A stretch of DNA of 64,000 bases from a virus, in the IMG/VR virus record IMGVR_UViG_3300036781_000236, positions 23,999-87,998 of that record; one strand, written 5' to 3'. Position 1 is the stretch's first letter. Every line of letters starts with the position of its first letter. This document shows positions 29,477 to 39,560 of this stretch, piece by piece. The notes under the pieces were generated by a model. That model was not told the origin of the DNA. It saw only the letters and a program-made list of their open reading frames with translations, and ran no database searches. The translations under genes and the position numbers were made by a program.

Positions 29477-30110
29477 CAGGCCACGCAACGGTGCAGATCA
29501 CGTCACGGTCGTACTCGTCGCGGTAGCTCATCTCACCGCTCGGCGCGAGCGGTAGCACCGTCCTGTCTTCCGTGAGGTCGACCGTCCAGATAGACGTGCC
29601 CCCCGGGACATGCAGCCGCTCAATCCCGAACACGGCGTTGACGGCTTCGGCGACTCCTGGGAACCCTGCGCCCTCACCGGGGTAGTAGTCGTGTCCGCAC
29701 AACAGCCTCCGGGTTTTCGGGAGCCAACCTGCGATGTCCGCCAACACCGCCTCGTAAGTGTGGGCACCGTCGATGAAACACATATCCACGTCCGGCACGT
29801 CCACGGCGACAGCGGGGCTGAGGCCACGTACAGCGTGGAGGTTCGCGAACCTGCCGCAGTGCCCCATGAAACTCCCGAACGACACGTCATGCTCGTCGTC
29901 CCATGTGTCGATGCACCACACTGGCCCCTTGCATCCGGTGAGAAGCGCGGTGGACGAGCGGCCGTGCAAGCAACCGATCTCGGCAACGCTCCCCATCGTT
30001 TCCGCGGTGGCGCGTAGCCACCTCAGTTCGATATCTGACATCCACCCTGGCACGTCGAGTCCGGCCACGTCGGTGCCGTAGGTTGGTTCGGGTCCCATGA
30101 TCGGAGTCAC
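29463..30110 (-). CDS. SAM-dependent methyltransferase (Methyltransf_24-like)
   Basis: GWMS..E, EIGCLHGRS, IDTW, FIDGAHTYE.V..D, GHDY. Confidence 0.88.
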   Translation of the reverse strand: MTPIMGPEPTYGTDVAGLDVPGWMSDIELRWLRATAETMGSVAEIGCLHGRSSTALLTGCKGPVWCIDTWDDEHDVSFGSFMGHCGRFANLHAVRGLSPAVAVDVPDVDMCFIDGAHTYEAVLADIAGWLPKTRRLLCGHDYYPGEGAGFPGVAEAVNAVFGIERLHVPGGTSIWTVDLTEDRTVLPLAPSGEMSYRDEYDRDVICTVAWPVTPA

Positions 30111-30844
30111 AGCAGCCTGCTCCTTGTCGGTGGTGGTTTCGCGGCGACCATCGCCGTCATCGGCTCGAAGTCACCTTCGAGCGCGCTGCCTGCCGCTTCG
30201 ATGTAGGCGGTCGCGAGTCGCGCCTGTTCGGGTGCGTGCTCGTGGAGGTTCTCTTCCTGGTCGCCGCGAGGATGCCACAAATGCACAGCCGCACCGGGGT
30301 AGCGGCGCACCGTCCCGTAGATGGCGTTCAGCGCGAGCGCCAACGCGACATCGTCGGGGCCGTGACCGACGAACCGTTCGTCCGCGCCACCGACCTGCCA
30401 GAACGCGGCAGCCGGGACGATCACCAACCCTGACCAGCAAATCTTCTCCCCGATCCACTCCACGTTCGTGTGGTCGAACGTCACCTTGTCGCGGCCGTCC
30501 ATGAAGGTGTCGGTGGCGTGCTCGCGTAGCTGGACGTACCGTTCCGGTAGCCGCCACACACCGTCTGCCACGGTCGCTTCGACAGCGTTCCGGAACGCGG
30601 CTGCGTCGTCGGGAACGGTGTCTGCGTCCACGATCACCAGTACGCTCCCCGATGCTTGCGATGCGGCGATGTTGATCGCCTGCCCGTGGTTGAACAGTCC
30701 GTCGTGCTGGTGGAGGTCGTCAGCGACGATCGCTTCCACCCCGAGTGCCGCGTGCGCGACGGCCTCGACGTAACTGAACAGGCGGTCCCGGTGTGGGTCA
30801 CCGGGCCGGTACGGGATCACGACCGACGCGTCCAAGGACGACAC
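30107..30844 (-). CDS. Glycosyltransferase (GT2/GT7-C-like)
   Basis: VVIPYR, FNHGQAIN, IVDAD, GGADERFVGHGPDD, HLWH. Confidence 0.85.
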   Translation of the reverse strand: MSSLDASVVIPYRPGDPHRDRLFSYVEAVAHAALGVEAIVADDLHQHDGLFNHGQAINIAASQASGSVLVIVDADTVPDDAAAFRNAVEATVADGVWRLPERYVQLREHATDTFMDGRDKVTFDHTNVEWIGEKICWSGLVIVPAAAFWQVGGADERFVGHGPDDVALALALNAIYGTVRRYPGAAVHLWHPRGDQEENLHEHAPEQARLATAYIEAAGSALEGDFEPMTAMVAAKPPPTRSRLL

Positions 30845-30845
30845 G

Positions 30846-31553
30846 TTAGACGGGGAGGCAGAGGAGGTTGCCCCACCCATCCGACACTTCTCCGTGCGAC
30901 AGGTTCGCGGCGTCCAACGCTGCCTCCACCGTCGCCTTGTACGTGTCACGGGCGTCACCGTCGAACATCGGGGCGTGCGTCGCCAACATCACCGGGACAC
31001 GCAGGGTGGCAAGGAACGGGGCGGCTTGCGGCAGAATCGCCTCCTCCCCACCCTCCACGTCGATCTTCACCAGGGAACACGCCCCAAGACCGAACCGCTC
31101 GAACAACCCTTCCAGGGTGAGCGCGGGCACCTCGACACGGTCGGTAGCGTGGAGCATGCTCGACATCGAATCCCCCAACGCACCCAACGGGTGACGGCCG
31201 ATCCACCCGGTGCCTGCCTCCGCACCGACCATGCCTTCCCACACTGTGATATCGGCGTCGTTCCAGTTGGCGTGCTCGCGCAGTTGGTGGCACGCGACGG
31301 GGTCTGGTTCGACGGCGTACACCTTCGCCCCGAGCTTGGCGGCGTACAGGCTGACGGGGCCGATCCACGCACCAACGTCCACGAGCACGTCCCCTGGTCG
31401 CAGCCGTTCGTTCAGGACACCGATGGTGTCTGTTTCCCAGGAGTGCTGGAACTGGTCCCAGAACGCGGCCTCGTGGGGTTGTCCGCTGTCGGCGTCAGGG
31501 TCACGGACAGTGAAGATGTGGCCGTCACGGGTAACGGTGCGCCGCTCGCTCAT
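30846..31553 (-). CDS. FkbM-family methyltransferase
   Basis: VDVGAWIG, AVEPDP, VKIDVEGGE. Confidence 0.9.
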   Translation of the reverse strand: MSERRTVTRDGHIFTVRDPDADSGQPHEAAFWDQFQHSWETDTIGVLNERLRPGDVLVDVGAWIGPVSLYAAKLGAKVYAVEPDPVACHQLREHANWNDADITVWEGMVGAEAGTGWIGRHPLGALGDSMSSMLHATDRVEVPALTLEGLFERFGLGACSLVKIDVEGGEEAILPQAAPFLATLRVPVMLATHAPMFDGDARDTYKATVEAALDAANLSHGEVSDGWGNLLCLPV

Positions 31554-32227
31554 GGCGTCACGGTACCGTCGAGGACTGCCCGCATCTTCTCACGGGAGCC
31601 GCGGGACGCGAGATAGAGACGGCCAAGCGCTTGGTTTGCTGCATGCGCTGGGTGCCCTTCGCGGCTCTCCCACACACGAGGATGCCACAGGTGATAGACG
31701 GGGCCAGGGATGCGTTGGTGTCCGCCGCCCATCACGTCGCAGGCAGCGAAGAACGCCCAGTCGTCCCAGCCCCACCCGGCGAGTCGTTCATCGAACCCGC
31801 CTACGTCGTCCCACAAGCTGCGTGGCACGGCGAGCGCGGACGAGTACGTGTTCTTCTCGGTGCGTTCAACCATGAACTCATCGATCTTCCAGCCGCCCTG
31901 CAACCGTGCCGTGCCCTGCTGCGACAGATCCCGGATCTCGCTATGGGCGAACGTCAGTTGTCCTGTCTCGCGGGCGCGTGCGACGGCATCGACGTACTGG
32001 AGGTGCTCCCCCAAGATCACGTCGCCGTCGATGATGAGCGCTACGTCCCAGTCACCTGCTTCCACGGCCGCGGTGTTGATCGCTTTGCCGCGGTTGAACA
32101 ACCCATCCGTGTCGTGCCCTTCGATGATGGGCCACCCGAGCCACGCCCACCACTCCCTCGTGAACTCCCATAGCCGGTCGCGGTGCCCACCATCGGGACG
32201 CCAGGGAACAAGGATCGGGACGGTCAA
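31550..32227 (-). CDS. Glycosyltransferase (GT2/GT7-C-like)
   Basis: VPWRPDGGHR, FNRGKAIN, IDGD, GGFDERLAGWGWDD, HLWH. Confidence 0.85.
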   Translation of the reverse strand: MTVPILVPWRPDGGHRDRLWEFTREWWAWLGWPIIEGHDTDGLFNRGKAINTAAVEAGDWDVALIIDGDVILGEHLQYVDAVARARETGQLTFAHSEIRDLSQQGTARLQGGWKIDEFMVERTEKNTYSSALAVPRSLWDDVGGFDERLAGWGWDDWAFFAACDVMGGGHQRIPGPVYHLWHPRVWESREGHPAHAANQALGRLYLASRGSREKMRAVLDGTVTP

Positions 32228-32886
32228 CGGTGCTCCGCGAGGTACGCGAGGGTGGCGGCGCGGTCGAAGCGACGGTCGCGATAGTCGCGATACAAAGTAT
32301 GGTTGCGCTCGTACAGGTCGTTCCCGCGCGTGACCCCCGGTGGGTTCGGGTGCCACAGGTGGCATACCGGCCCGTCGACCACACGGGGCGGACCGGCCAG
32401 ACCGTGCAGACACTCTAGGATGGCGCTGTCCTCAAGCCCGAAGCCGGTGAATCGCTCATCGAAGCCGCGGCTCTCTTCCCACAGGTCGCGGCGTACCCCA
32501 AGCAAGCTCACGCCCGTGAACGGGTTGACTGTCCATGCGTCCGCGTGTTCCAACTGGATCTCGCCGCTCAGGACACGCGGGGTGTCGTGCTCGGTGAGCA
32601 TGCGGAAGTCGGTCGCTCCTGCGTACCCGTAGAAGTACGCCTCCTCCGCAACTTTGCTAGCGACCTCGGGTGGGCACGCGATCTCGGCGTCCGTCCACAG
32701 CACCACGTCCCAGGACAAGTCATCGTCAGGCACGGCACGGTTCCGCGCGACTGACCAGTTGAAGTCACCGTCGCTGTCCCCGGTGTGCAACTCGTACCCC
32801 ATCTGCGTCCAGCGTGGGAGCGTGTACTCCCAGATCGAGGCGCGGTCCACGGTGGGACGAGCAGCGCAACACACCACGGCTTTCAC
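32224..32886 (-). CDS. Glycosyltransferase (GT2/GT7-C-like)
   Basis: FNWSVARN, WTDAE, GFDERFTGFGLED, HLWH. Confidence 0.8.
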   Translation of the reverse strand: MKAVVCCAARPTVDRASIWEYTLPRWTQMGYELHTGDSDGDFNWSVARNRAVPDDDLSWDVVLWTDAEIACPPEVASKVAEEAYFYGYAGATDFRMLTEHDTPRVLSGEIQLEHADAWTVNPFTGVSLLGVRRDLWEESRGFDERFTGFGLEDSAILECLHGLAGPPRVVDGPVCHLWHPNPPGVTRGNDLYERNHTLYRDYRDRRFDRAATLAYLAEHR

Positions 32887-32940
32887 AGCAGCGACGCTAT
32901 CACGCGGGCGTGATAGCACTGCTATACGAAGTTCGTCTAG

Positions 32941-33684
32941 CTAGTGTCCCCATCCCGAGTGGATGCCGATGTGCTGGCACCACACGTCACCGTTCAAGGC
33001 ATCCTCGATGCTGCCCCACAGGCCATACTCCACGTCAGGGTCGCTCTCCGCTAGCTGCTGCGTGAACACGTGCTCGCACCCAGGGTGGGAGGGGAGCACG
33101 TGCGTGGCGAAGAACTGGGTGGGCCACAGCGACGGGTTGAACGTCAGGTTCCGGCGGTGCGCGATCCATACCGCAACCCACGCGAGTCCGCCAGAGCCGT
33201 TCGTGTCATCAACGTTCGTCCACACCTCGTCGTACCGCTCCCGCGCGGTCGCGATGAACCCACCGGGCGGCTCGCCCTTCACGGCGTTCCGCACCAACGC
33301 CATCTGCGCGAGCGTCGGGTGCGTGTCGAGCACCGACGCGAGGTCGCGCAGGTCGACGTGACGGTTGAACGTGAAGTCCCCTTCCAGGAGGAACACGTAC
33401 GGCTCGACGGCCTGCGCGTTGTCTGCCCACACTCTGGATTGCGATCCGCAGCATCCCAATCCGGGCGGCTCAGTTGTGAGGACACGCGCGCTTTCACCGA
33501 AGTAGTTCAGCGCGAGGGACTCCGTCCACGCGAGCGCCTGCGCGTCCGTGGGATTGTCGTGGTGGACGAGTACCGAGGTGGGTGCTGGTGTCACGTTCGC
33601 TGCGAACGACGCCAGCGACGCTACGAGCGGCGCGGCGTCACCGTGAGTTAGCACAGCAAGCCGGTACGCGAAGTCGTCTACCAC
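32941..33684 (-). CDS. Glycosyltransferase (GT-A)
   Basis: LAVLTHG, FLLEGDF, LAQMAL.R, TFNPSL, CQHIG; paralog of 36669-37475. Confidence 0.75.
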   Translation of the reverse strand: MVDDFAYRLAVLTHGDAAPLVASLASFAANVTPAPTSVLVHHDNPTDAQALAWTESLALNYFGESARVLTTEPPGLGCCGSQSRVWADNAQAVEPYVFLLEGDFTFNRHVDLRDLASVLDTHPTLAQMALVRNAVKGEPPGGFIATARERYDEVWTNVDDTNGSGGLAWVAVWIAHRRNLTFNPSLWPTQFFATHVLPSHPGCEHVFTQQLAESDPDVEYGLWGSIEDALNGDVWCQHIGIHSGWGH

Positions 33685-34803
33685 GGCACGCACTCCCCTT
33701 CGTGTCCTTCGAGGAGAGAGCACTTGTACGCGATGGACGAACTCTTCCATACACGGTTCGGGCACTCGGGTCCCTCGACGCGGTGCCGTATCTCCTCGAA
33801 GAACGGCCACAGCGTCTCGCGGATGTCCTCATGCACGTCCGCGGGATCGGCAGTCTCGTCGTGCTGCATCGACGCTCGCTCGATACGCGCGAAGTCGTCC
33901 ATGAGCGCCAACGTTGCGCGTAGGCGTACGTCGAGGAGAAACGATCGGAACTCAGTATCCACGGTAACCCGTAGATCCCTGCTGGTGAACTACGTTGCCG
34001 CTATCGATAACACGCCACGGCCCACGGTGTTCCACTCCAGCGATGCGTAGCCCAACAGACTCGTATGATTTACCTACCGTGAACTCATACGAGTGATGTG
34101 CCAAAGTGGTCCAACCGAAAAAGGTGCGGATCTGGACAACGGGATACGCGCGAAACTTGGTGTCCACCGTGCTCATTTCGCAGCCTGCTTGAACGCGGTT
34201 ATTACCAGGCGGTTCATGCACGTCGGAAACGTCTTCCGCCCCTGTGTCTCCACCGTCACGGTCTTGTCGGACCACTGCACGAGCATCCACCGCGCAGGGA
34301 GCAACCGTGGCTTGGCGTGACTCACCGTTTCTCCCACCCTGGCAGTTCACGGTTGATCAAGTACAGCCGTGTCCCGCAGCTCTCGCAGTTCAGGGCGCGT
34401 GGCTCGTTCAGGTCACCGCAACCAGGGCACGCAGGCAGACGATCCGGTGCGGCCCTGTCGGTCGCGTCCTGCGCATCAACCCAGCTGCCACCCAAGCCCG
34501 TCATGTGCGCCACCAGAGGGACTCGCCGACCATCGTGGCGCGTTGCACGAGGCTGAACTCCTCCAACCGTTCCAGCCGGTACGCGATCCCCGGCACGCCA
34601 CCTTCCGCGAGCGTGTGCAGCCACACCATCGGTGATGTTTCCGTCACGTCACGCATGCTCAGCAACTCGCGGGCTTCGCTAATGATCTCCGCTGTCTCGT
34701 CGGACTCGAACGCCTGCACCGTCAACGAGTGCAGTTCCGCGGTGGTCATTGGGCCGCCGAGCATCCCAAGCAGCAACGCTGTTTGCGGGCCAAGGTTCAT
34801 CAC
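33678..34803 (-). CDS. Chain of small hypothetical ORFs
   Basis: Several short coupled ORFs, one with a zinc-ribbon CPGC..CESC. Confidence 0.45.
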
Positions 34804-35708
34804 GCTGGTGTGACCGGAATGCGCTGGATTCCTTCTTCGACCGAGACCAGCGGTGTCCAGCCGAGCAGATCATGCGCTTTGGTTGCGTCAAGAACGGAGT
34901 GTTGCACGTCCCCGATCCGTGCAGGCTCACGCACATGAGACGAGGTCACGAATGCGGCTTTCGTACACCAACGGTGCAGATCGTTCACCGATGAACCTAC
35001 CCCAGTGCCGACGTTGAACACACCCGGGTTGCCTGCGGCAGCGAGGAATGCCGCTACCGCGTCGGTGACGTACAGCATGTCACGGGTCTGTTCGCCGTCA
35101 CCGTAGATCGTGCAGCGCTCGCCGCGCATCGCGTGATCGAGGAAGATCGCGACGACACCGCCCTCCTGTGCCACTGACTGACGGGGGCCGTACACGTTCG
35201 CCAACCGGAGCACAGTGTTCGCGGTGTCATGCACCCGGTTCCACCCGAGCACATACCCTTCCGCGGCGTGCTTCGACATCCCATACGGCGACACAGGGCA
35301 TGGGGGAGTGTCCTCAGCCGCTGGCACGTCGCATTCTCCATACATCGCGCCCCCAGTTGAAGCGAACACCACTGGGCATCCCTCCAACGCAGCCGCGTGA
35401 AGGACACACACCGTCCCAACAACATTCACGCGCGCGTCGTATCCAGGGTTCCTGACCGATGCTTGCACGTCCGCTTGCGCTGCGAGGTGGAACACCACGT
35501 CGCAGCCGCTGACCGCGTCCCTGACGATCTCTTCGTCTGTGACGGAACCAAGGAAAAAGGACGCCGATGGTGAGACGTGGTCGTCGTTCCCAGTCGACAG
35601 ATCATCCAGCACGACCACAGTGTCCCCGCTCGTCACGAGTGCGTCTACGAGGTGGCTTCCGATGAAGCCTGCGCCTCCCGTGATGAGCGCCTTCAAATCT
35701 TTCCCCAC
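34800..35708 (-). CDS. NAD-dependent nucleotide-sugar epimerase (UDP-glucose 4-epimerase-like)
   Basis: GGAGFIGSH, HLAAQADV, YGMSK (YxxxK), RLANVYGPRQ, GDGEQTRD. Confidence 0.92.
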   Translation of the reverse strand: MGKDLKALITGGAGFIGSHLVDALVTSGDTVVVLDDLSTGNDDHVSPSASFFLGSVTDEEIVRDAVSGCDVVFHLAAQADVQASVRNPGYDARVNVVGTVCVLHAAALEGCPVVFASTGGAMYGECDVPAAEDTPPCPVSPYGMSKHAAEGYVLGWNRVHDTANTVLRLANVYGPRQSVAQEGGVVAIFLDHAMRGERCTIYGDGEQTRDMLYVTDAVAAFLAAAGNPGVFNVGTGVGSSVNDLHRWCTKAAFVTSSHVREPARIGDVQHSVLDATKAHDLLGWTPLVSVEEGIQRIPVTPA

Positions 35709-36348
35709 TGTCGCAGATACTCGATGTCTTGCCTACCGCGCTCGCGGTGTCCCCACCATCCTACGTACACGGCCATCACCGCGATCACCGCAGCACCGAT
35801 CAGGAATCCCCACATGCCCCACAGCGCGTATCCGAATACGCATGTCGCGAGTGGTACCCACGACAGCCAGATAACCAGACCGGGTATTTCGTCGTATCCT
35901 TCCATCATCGTTCCTTTCGTTGTGCTGACTTCGCAGCTGCGACCTGCGCCGGGTCGGCAGTATCGGACTGGAAGCACACGAAGTCGTCGCACCCACCGAA
36001 TGGCTCCTCGGCGTGAGGATGCTCAGGGTGGGCGCACTCACCCGTGTTCAGGTATGCGCCGTGCTCGTCACCGTTGAAGCGGTAGAACTGGCAGAAGTCG
36101 CACGCGTCTATGCAACCTGTCCCGCAGAACTCAGGCATCGGTGTCTTTCGCGATCAGCTGCTCGTACTCCAAGAACTGCGGCGACCCGATCACCAACGTC
36201 ACACGCTCATGGCTGTCCACGTCCTCGATGGTGACAGTCGGGTCCGAGGCGATACCGATGACGCGGTAGATGCCGTCGCCGTGGCGGAACACGTCACGCA
36301 GGCCGACACCACGAACACGGTGGTTGCTCATGTCAGTATCGAGTCCCA

Positions 36349-36669
36349 TTACGCCAACGCCTCGGCGAGGGTGAGTACGTCCATGTTCAACGTCAGCGCT
36401 ATGTGGTGTTCAAGGCGTGCGCCGCGACTCTTGTGCCACCCGTCGAGTAGCACGATCCCGTCGCAGTACGTCAGGATGCGTACGTCGTGGCGGATGAAGT
36501 CTTCCCACAGGGAAGTGCCTGCGAGGAGTCCACTCTCGGCGTCGATCTCCGCAGGAGACACAACCTCGTAGCCGTACTCGCGCAGCGCGGCGCTCGCCTC
36601 ATGGAAAGCCGGGTAGTTGAACTCGGGGTAGCCAGTCATCGGTCCGCTCACGTACACCTTGCTCGCCAT
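36349..36669 (-). CDS. DUF4406 / nucleoside-deoxyribosyltransferase-like protein
   Basis: VYVSGPMTG..FNYPAF, CDGIVLLDGW..SRGARLE. Confidence 0.8.
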   Translation of the reverse strand: MASKVYVSGPMTGYPEFNYPAFHEASAALREYGYEVVSPAEIDAESGLLAGTSLWEDFIRHDVRILTYCDGIVLLDGWHKSRGARLEHHIALTLNMDVLTLAEALA

Positions 36670-37475
36670 CAGTATCCGATCCCGTCACGCACGCCTACGT
36701 GCATGCAGTTCGGGGTCCCATCGCCCCACACCCCGAAGTCCCATCCCTGCTCGCGCAAAGCCCACCCGTAGATGCCTTCGCACTCCGCGGTCACCATGTG
36801 CGGGTCGGGCCACGGGTGCTGCTCCATCCAGTCGCGGCGCATCAGCGAAGGGTTCGTGGTCACGTACATACGGTGCCGCAAGAAATGCACGTCCTTCGCG
36901 TTCGTAGTGCACATTGTTCGCAGTTCGTAGTCGTCGCGGCGTAGCTCGTACAAGCCTCCGGCGGCACGCTCTGCGTGATTGACGGCCTGCCGCATCAAAG
37001 ACATTTGCGCCAACGCGGGAGTCTCGTCCAGCACCTCAGCGAGGTCGCGTAGGTCGACAGGCTCGGCGATCTCGAAGTCGTGTTCCAAATGGAAGACGTG
37101 CGACACCCCTGGCTTCGCTCCCTCCGCCCACGCTCGCGCCGTGGCATGGCAGAATCCGCGCTGCGTATCCGCACCGATAACCAGTGACGTATCCCACGCG
37201 TAGCCTGCGCCTCGGGTTGCCTCGGACCATGCGTTCGTGTGCATGTCGCGTAGCGGGCCGTCCACGATGAGAACTACCTCTTTGGGTGCGGGGGTGACGT
37301 GCTGGACAAACGCGGTGAGGCACCGCTCCAACGTCGCGCCCGCGCCGTGCGTCAACACCACAAGGCGGTACGTGAACGGCTCGTTGAGTGACTGCTCCAA
37401 CTGCTCACGTGCAGCGGCGAGTGCTTCGGGTGTGGACTTGTGGTGGATGTCCTCCCACCGATGATGCCCTGTCAC
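36669..37475 (-). CDS. Glycosyltransferase (GT-A)
   Basis: LVVLTHG, IVDG, FHLEHDF, LAQMSL.R, TTNPSL, CMHVG. Confidence 0.78.
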   Translation of the reverse strand: MTGHHRWEDIHHKSTPEALAAAREQLEQSLNEPFTYRLVVLTHGAGATLERCLTAFVQHVTPAPKEVVLIVDGPLRDMHTNAWSEATRGAGYAWDTSLVIGADTQRGFCHATARAWAEGAKPGVSHVFHLEHDFEIAEPVDLRDLAEVLDETPALAQMSLMRQAVNHAERAAGGLYELRRDDYELRTMCTTNAKDVHFLRHRMYVTTNPSLMRRDWMEQHPWPDPHMVTAECEGIYGWALREQGWDFGVWGDGTPNCMHVGVRDGIGY

Positions 37476-37853
37476 GCGCGTCTCTTCACATCGACACTGC
37501 ATAGGAAGACGCAGAGCAGCGCAGCACTCAATGCGCACCAACCCAGGACGGCCGCGGCCTCCCAATTATGGCGGAAGTGGTTAGAGGCGTTACCGACCGC
37601 CGCTAGTACCGAGGTCAGAACGAAGACAGACGCCACGATCCCTGACAGGATACGTGCCTCCGTCATCATTCCCCACCTCCCGCGCGAGTGATCGCCTGAC
37701 CGAGACGTTGCGCGTCCGGACCGCTTAGGCGAACCTCGTAGTCGCCGGGGAGACGCAATAGCACCGTTGTGTACGCGATGTCCGCGTAGGGCCACTCACT
37801 GATCGTGACGACGGTCTGCTTCGGAGTGCTGGACCCCCATTCGAGTTGGTCTG

Positions 37854-38069
37854 TCACGGCGCTCCGAACACCTGCTCGATAGCAGCGATGGTCTCGTCGT
37901 TCAGCGGCAGGAATCTGTCTGCTGCTTCGAGCACGTCCCCGTCGTGCAGGATCATCTCGCGTGGTGTCCACTCGCCGGTCGCGCCGTCCAGGTAGCAGAT
38001 CAGCACTCCTGGCGATCCCTCGGATCGAACCTCGGCGGTTTCTGCGTCTAGTGCAGTCGCTGTGATCAT
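37854..38069 (-). CDS. Hypothetical protein, leaderless
   Basis: ATG 7 nt after TACGAT. Confidence 0.6.
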   Translation of the reverse strand: MITATALDAETAEVRSEGSPGVLICYLDGATGEWTPREMILHDGDVLEAADRFLPLNDETIAAIEQVFGAP

Positions 38070-38142
38070 GCCGCCTATCGTATAGCAGGGAACCTGCCTG
38101 GGTCAACTCTCAACCCGTGGTCGAGGCATCACGCGGGCGTGA
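38067..38142 (-). promoter_or_regulatory. Leaderless promoter with A, C and B motifs
   Basis: TCACGCCCGCGTGA-tgc-CTCGACC-acg-GGTTGAG-ag-TTGACC-18-TACGAT-7 nt-ATG. Confidence 0.8.
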
Positions 38143-38738
38143 CGAGACGTGCCATCGAGGCCATGCAGTCGTCGCATGTGAGGACACCGTAGAAGCTGCA
38201 CGCGGTGGAACCCGCAGGGTTCACGTACCTGTCGCAGCCGTCGCACTTGAACGACGGCTGCTCGTCCGGACGAGCACCGATGTGGCTCATGTACACGAAC
38301 GACAGGTTGCGGCCTCGGTTCCACTGACGGAGCGTGTCGCGTACGTCGTCGGGCCACGAAGCCCATGACGTGACCGTCGAGCGGCTATACACCGTGTGCC
38401 CGTTCACAAGGCGCGTGTTGCGATAGAAGCTCACGCCAGCGGATCGTTGCGGGGGACGCTTCACGACTTCCCATCCAACGAGGCATGATGCTCGCAAGGT
38501 GCTTCTACGAAGCAGCAATCCTCGGTAAAACCGTTGGGGTAGACATCTCCTGCGTTCTCATCGAGTCCAGCGGCACGTGCTCTGCCGACCCATTCTTCAT
38601 GCGTAACCTTGCGTAGCCATACGTGCTCGCCGAAGTGGTTCACAATCTTGCTGTCAGGTCCCCACCTGAGAAACTTCAGTATCTCCTCCGGTCCTACTCC
38701 CTCATAACCGAGGCGATCAAGTTCATCCCTGGGAGTAG

Positions 38739-39395
38739 TCACAGCGGCTTGTTGCGTGGGATAACGGACAGGTCATACCTGGCGCAGATCGCATCGTAGG
38801 TCGCGGTGCGCACCGCCGCTGGTTGGAGGTTGCGTCCGTCGGGGTTGCGGGTAGCGCAGTAGACCGCATCGGGGACAGACACCAGCCGTGCCCCCCTGAT
38901 CGCCATAGCCACGAACAACGCGAAGTCCTCGTAGATCGGCCATTCGTCGCTGAACCCACCAACCTCAACGAACAGGGTGCGTGGGACGGCGGTGCCGATA
39001 CATGCGCAGTTGACTTGGGGCCAGCGGTCCCAATCCGGGATGCTCGGCACGGTGAGGCAGATCCCGTCGGGTTCAACCAAGCCCATCGCGGGCACGAAGA
39101 TGGGTTCGCCCCAGAACGGCCCGTTGTCTTGGTCGTCCCACCATGCTGCACGGATCGCGTCCACGTACCCGTCGCACAGGGCGTCGTCTGCGTCCAGGTG
39201 GATCAGCATGTCGCCCGTAGCTTGAGCGGCAAGTGCGTTGCGGGCTGCGGCGACACCCATGTCTGGGTAGTGCGCGATGAGCACCTCATCCGCGCCTTGG
39301 CCTTCCGTGCTCGGCACGGCATGGGCGTAGGCCATGTCCTCCCACCGCCGATCGCCACACGTAGCCACGACGATGCTGACGCTCGGCCCGTTCAC
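38739..39395 (-). CDS. Glycosyltransferase family 2
   Basis: VSIVVAT, AAARN, LIHLDADD, VGGF..W..YED. Confidence 0.85.
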   Translation of the reverse strand: MNGPSVSIVVATCGDRRWEDMAYAHAVPSTEGQGADEVLIAHYPDMGVAAARNALAAQATGDMLIHLDADDALCDGYVDAIRAAWWDDQDNGPFWGEPIFVPAMGLVEPDGICLTVPSIPDWDRWPQVNCACIGTAVPRTLFVEVGGFSDEWPIYEDFALFVAMAIRGARLVSVPDAVYCATRNPDGRNLQPAAVRTATYDAICARYDLSVIPRNKPL

Positions 39396-39560
39396 CCTGC
39401 TATGTCTATCACGCGGGCGTGAACGTTCACAACAGGTTCCACACGTGAGCGATCTCACCGATCACGATGACCGTCGACACGAGCTTCGCGGTATCGAACA
39501 CGAACCCTGCGACCTCGACCACCCGGCGGAATCGACGCCAATGAGCACGCAGTCGCGTGG

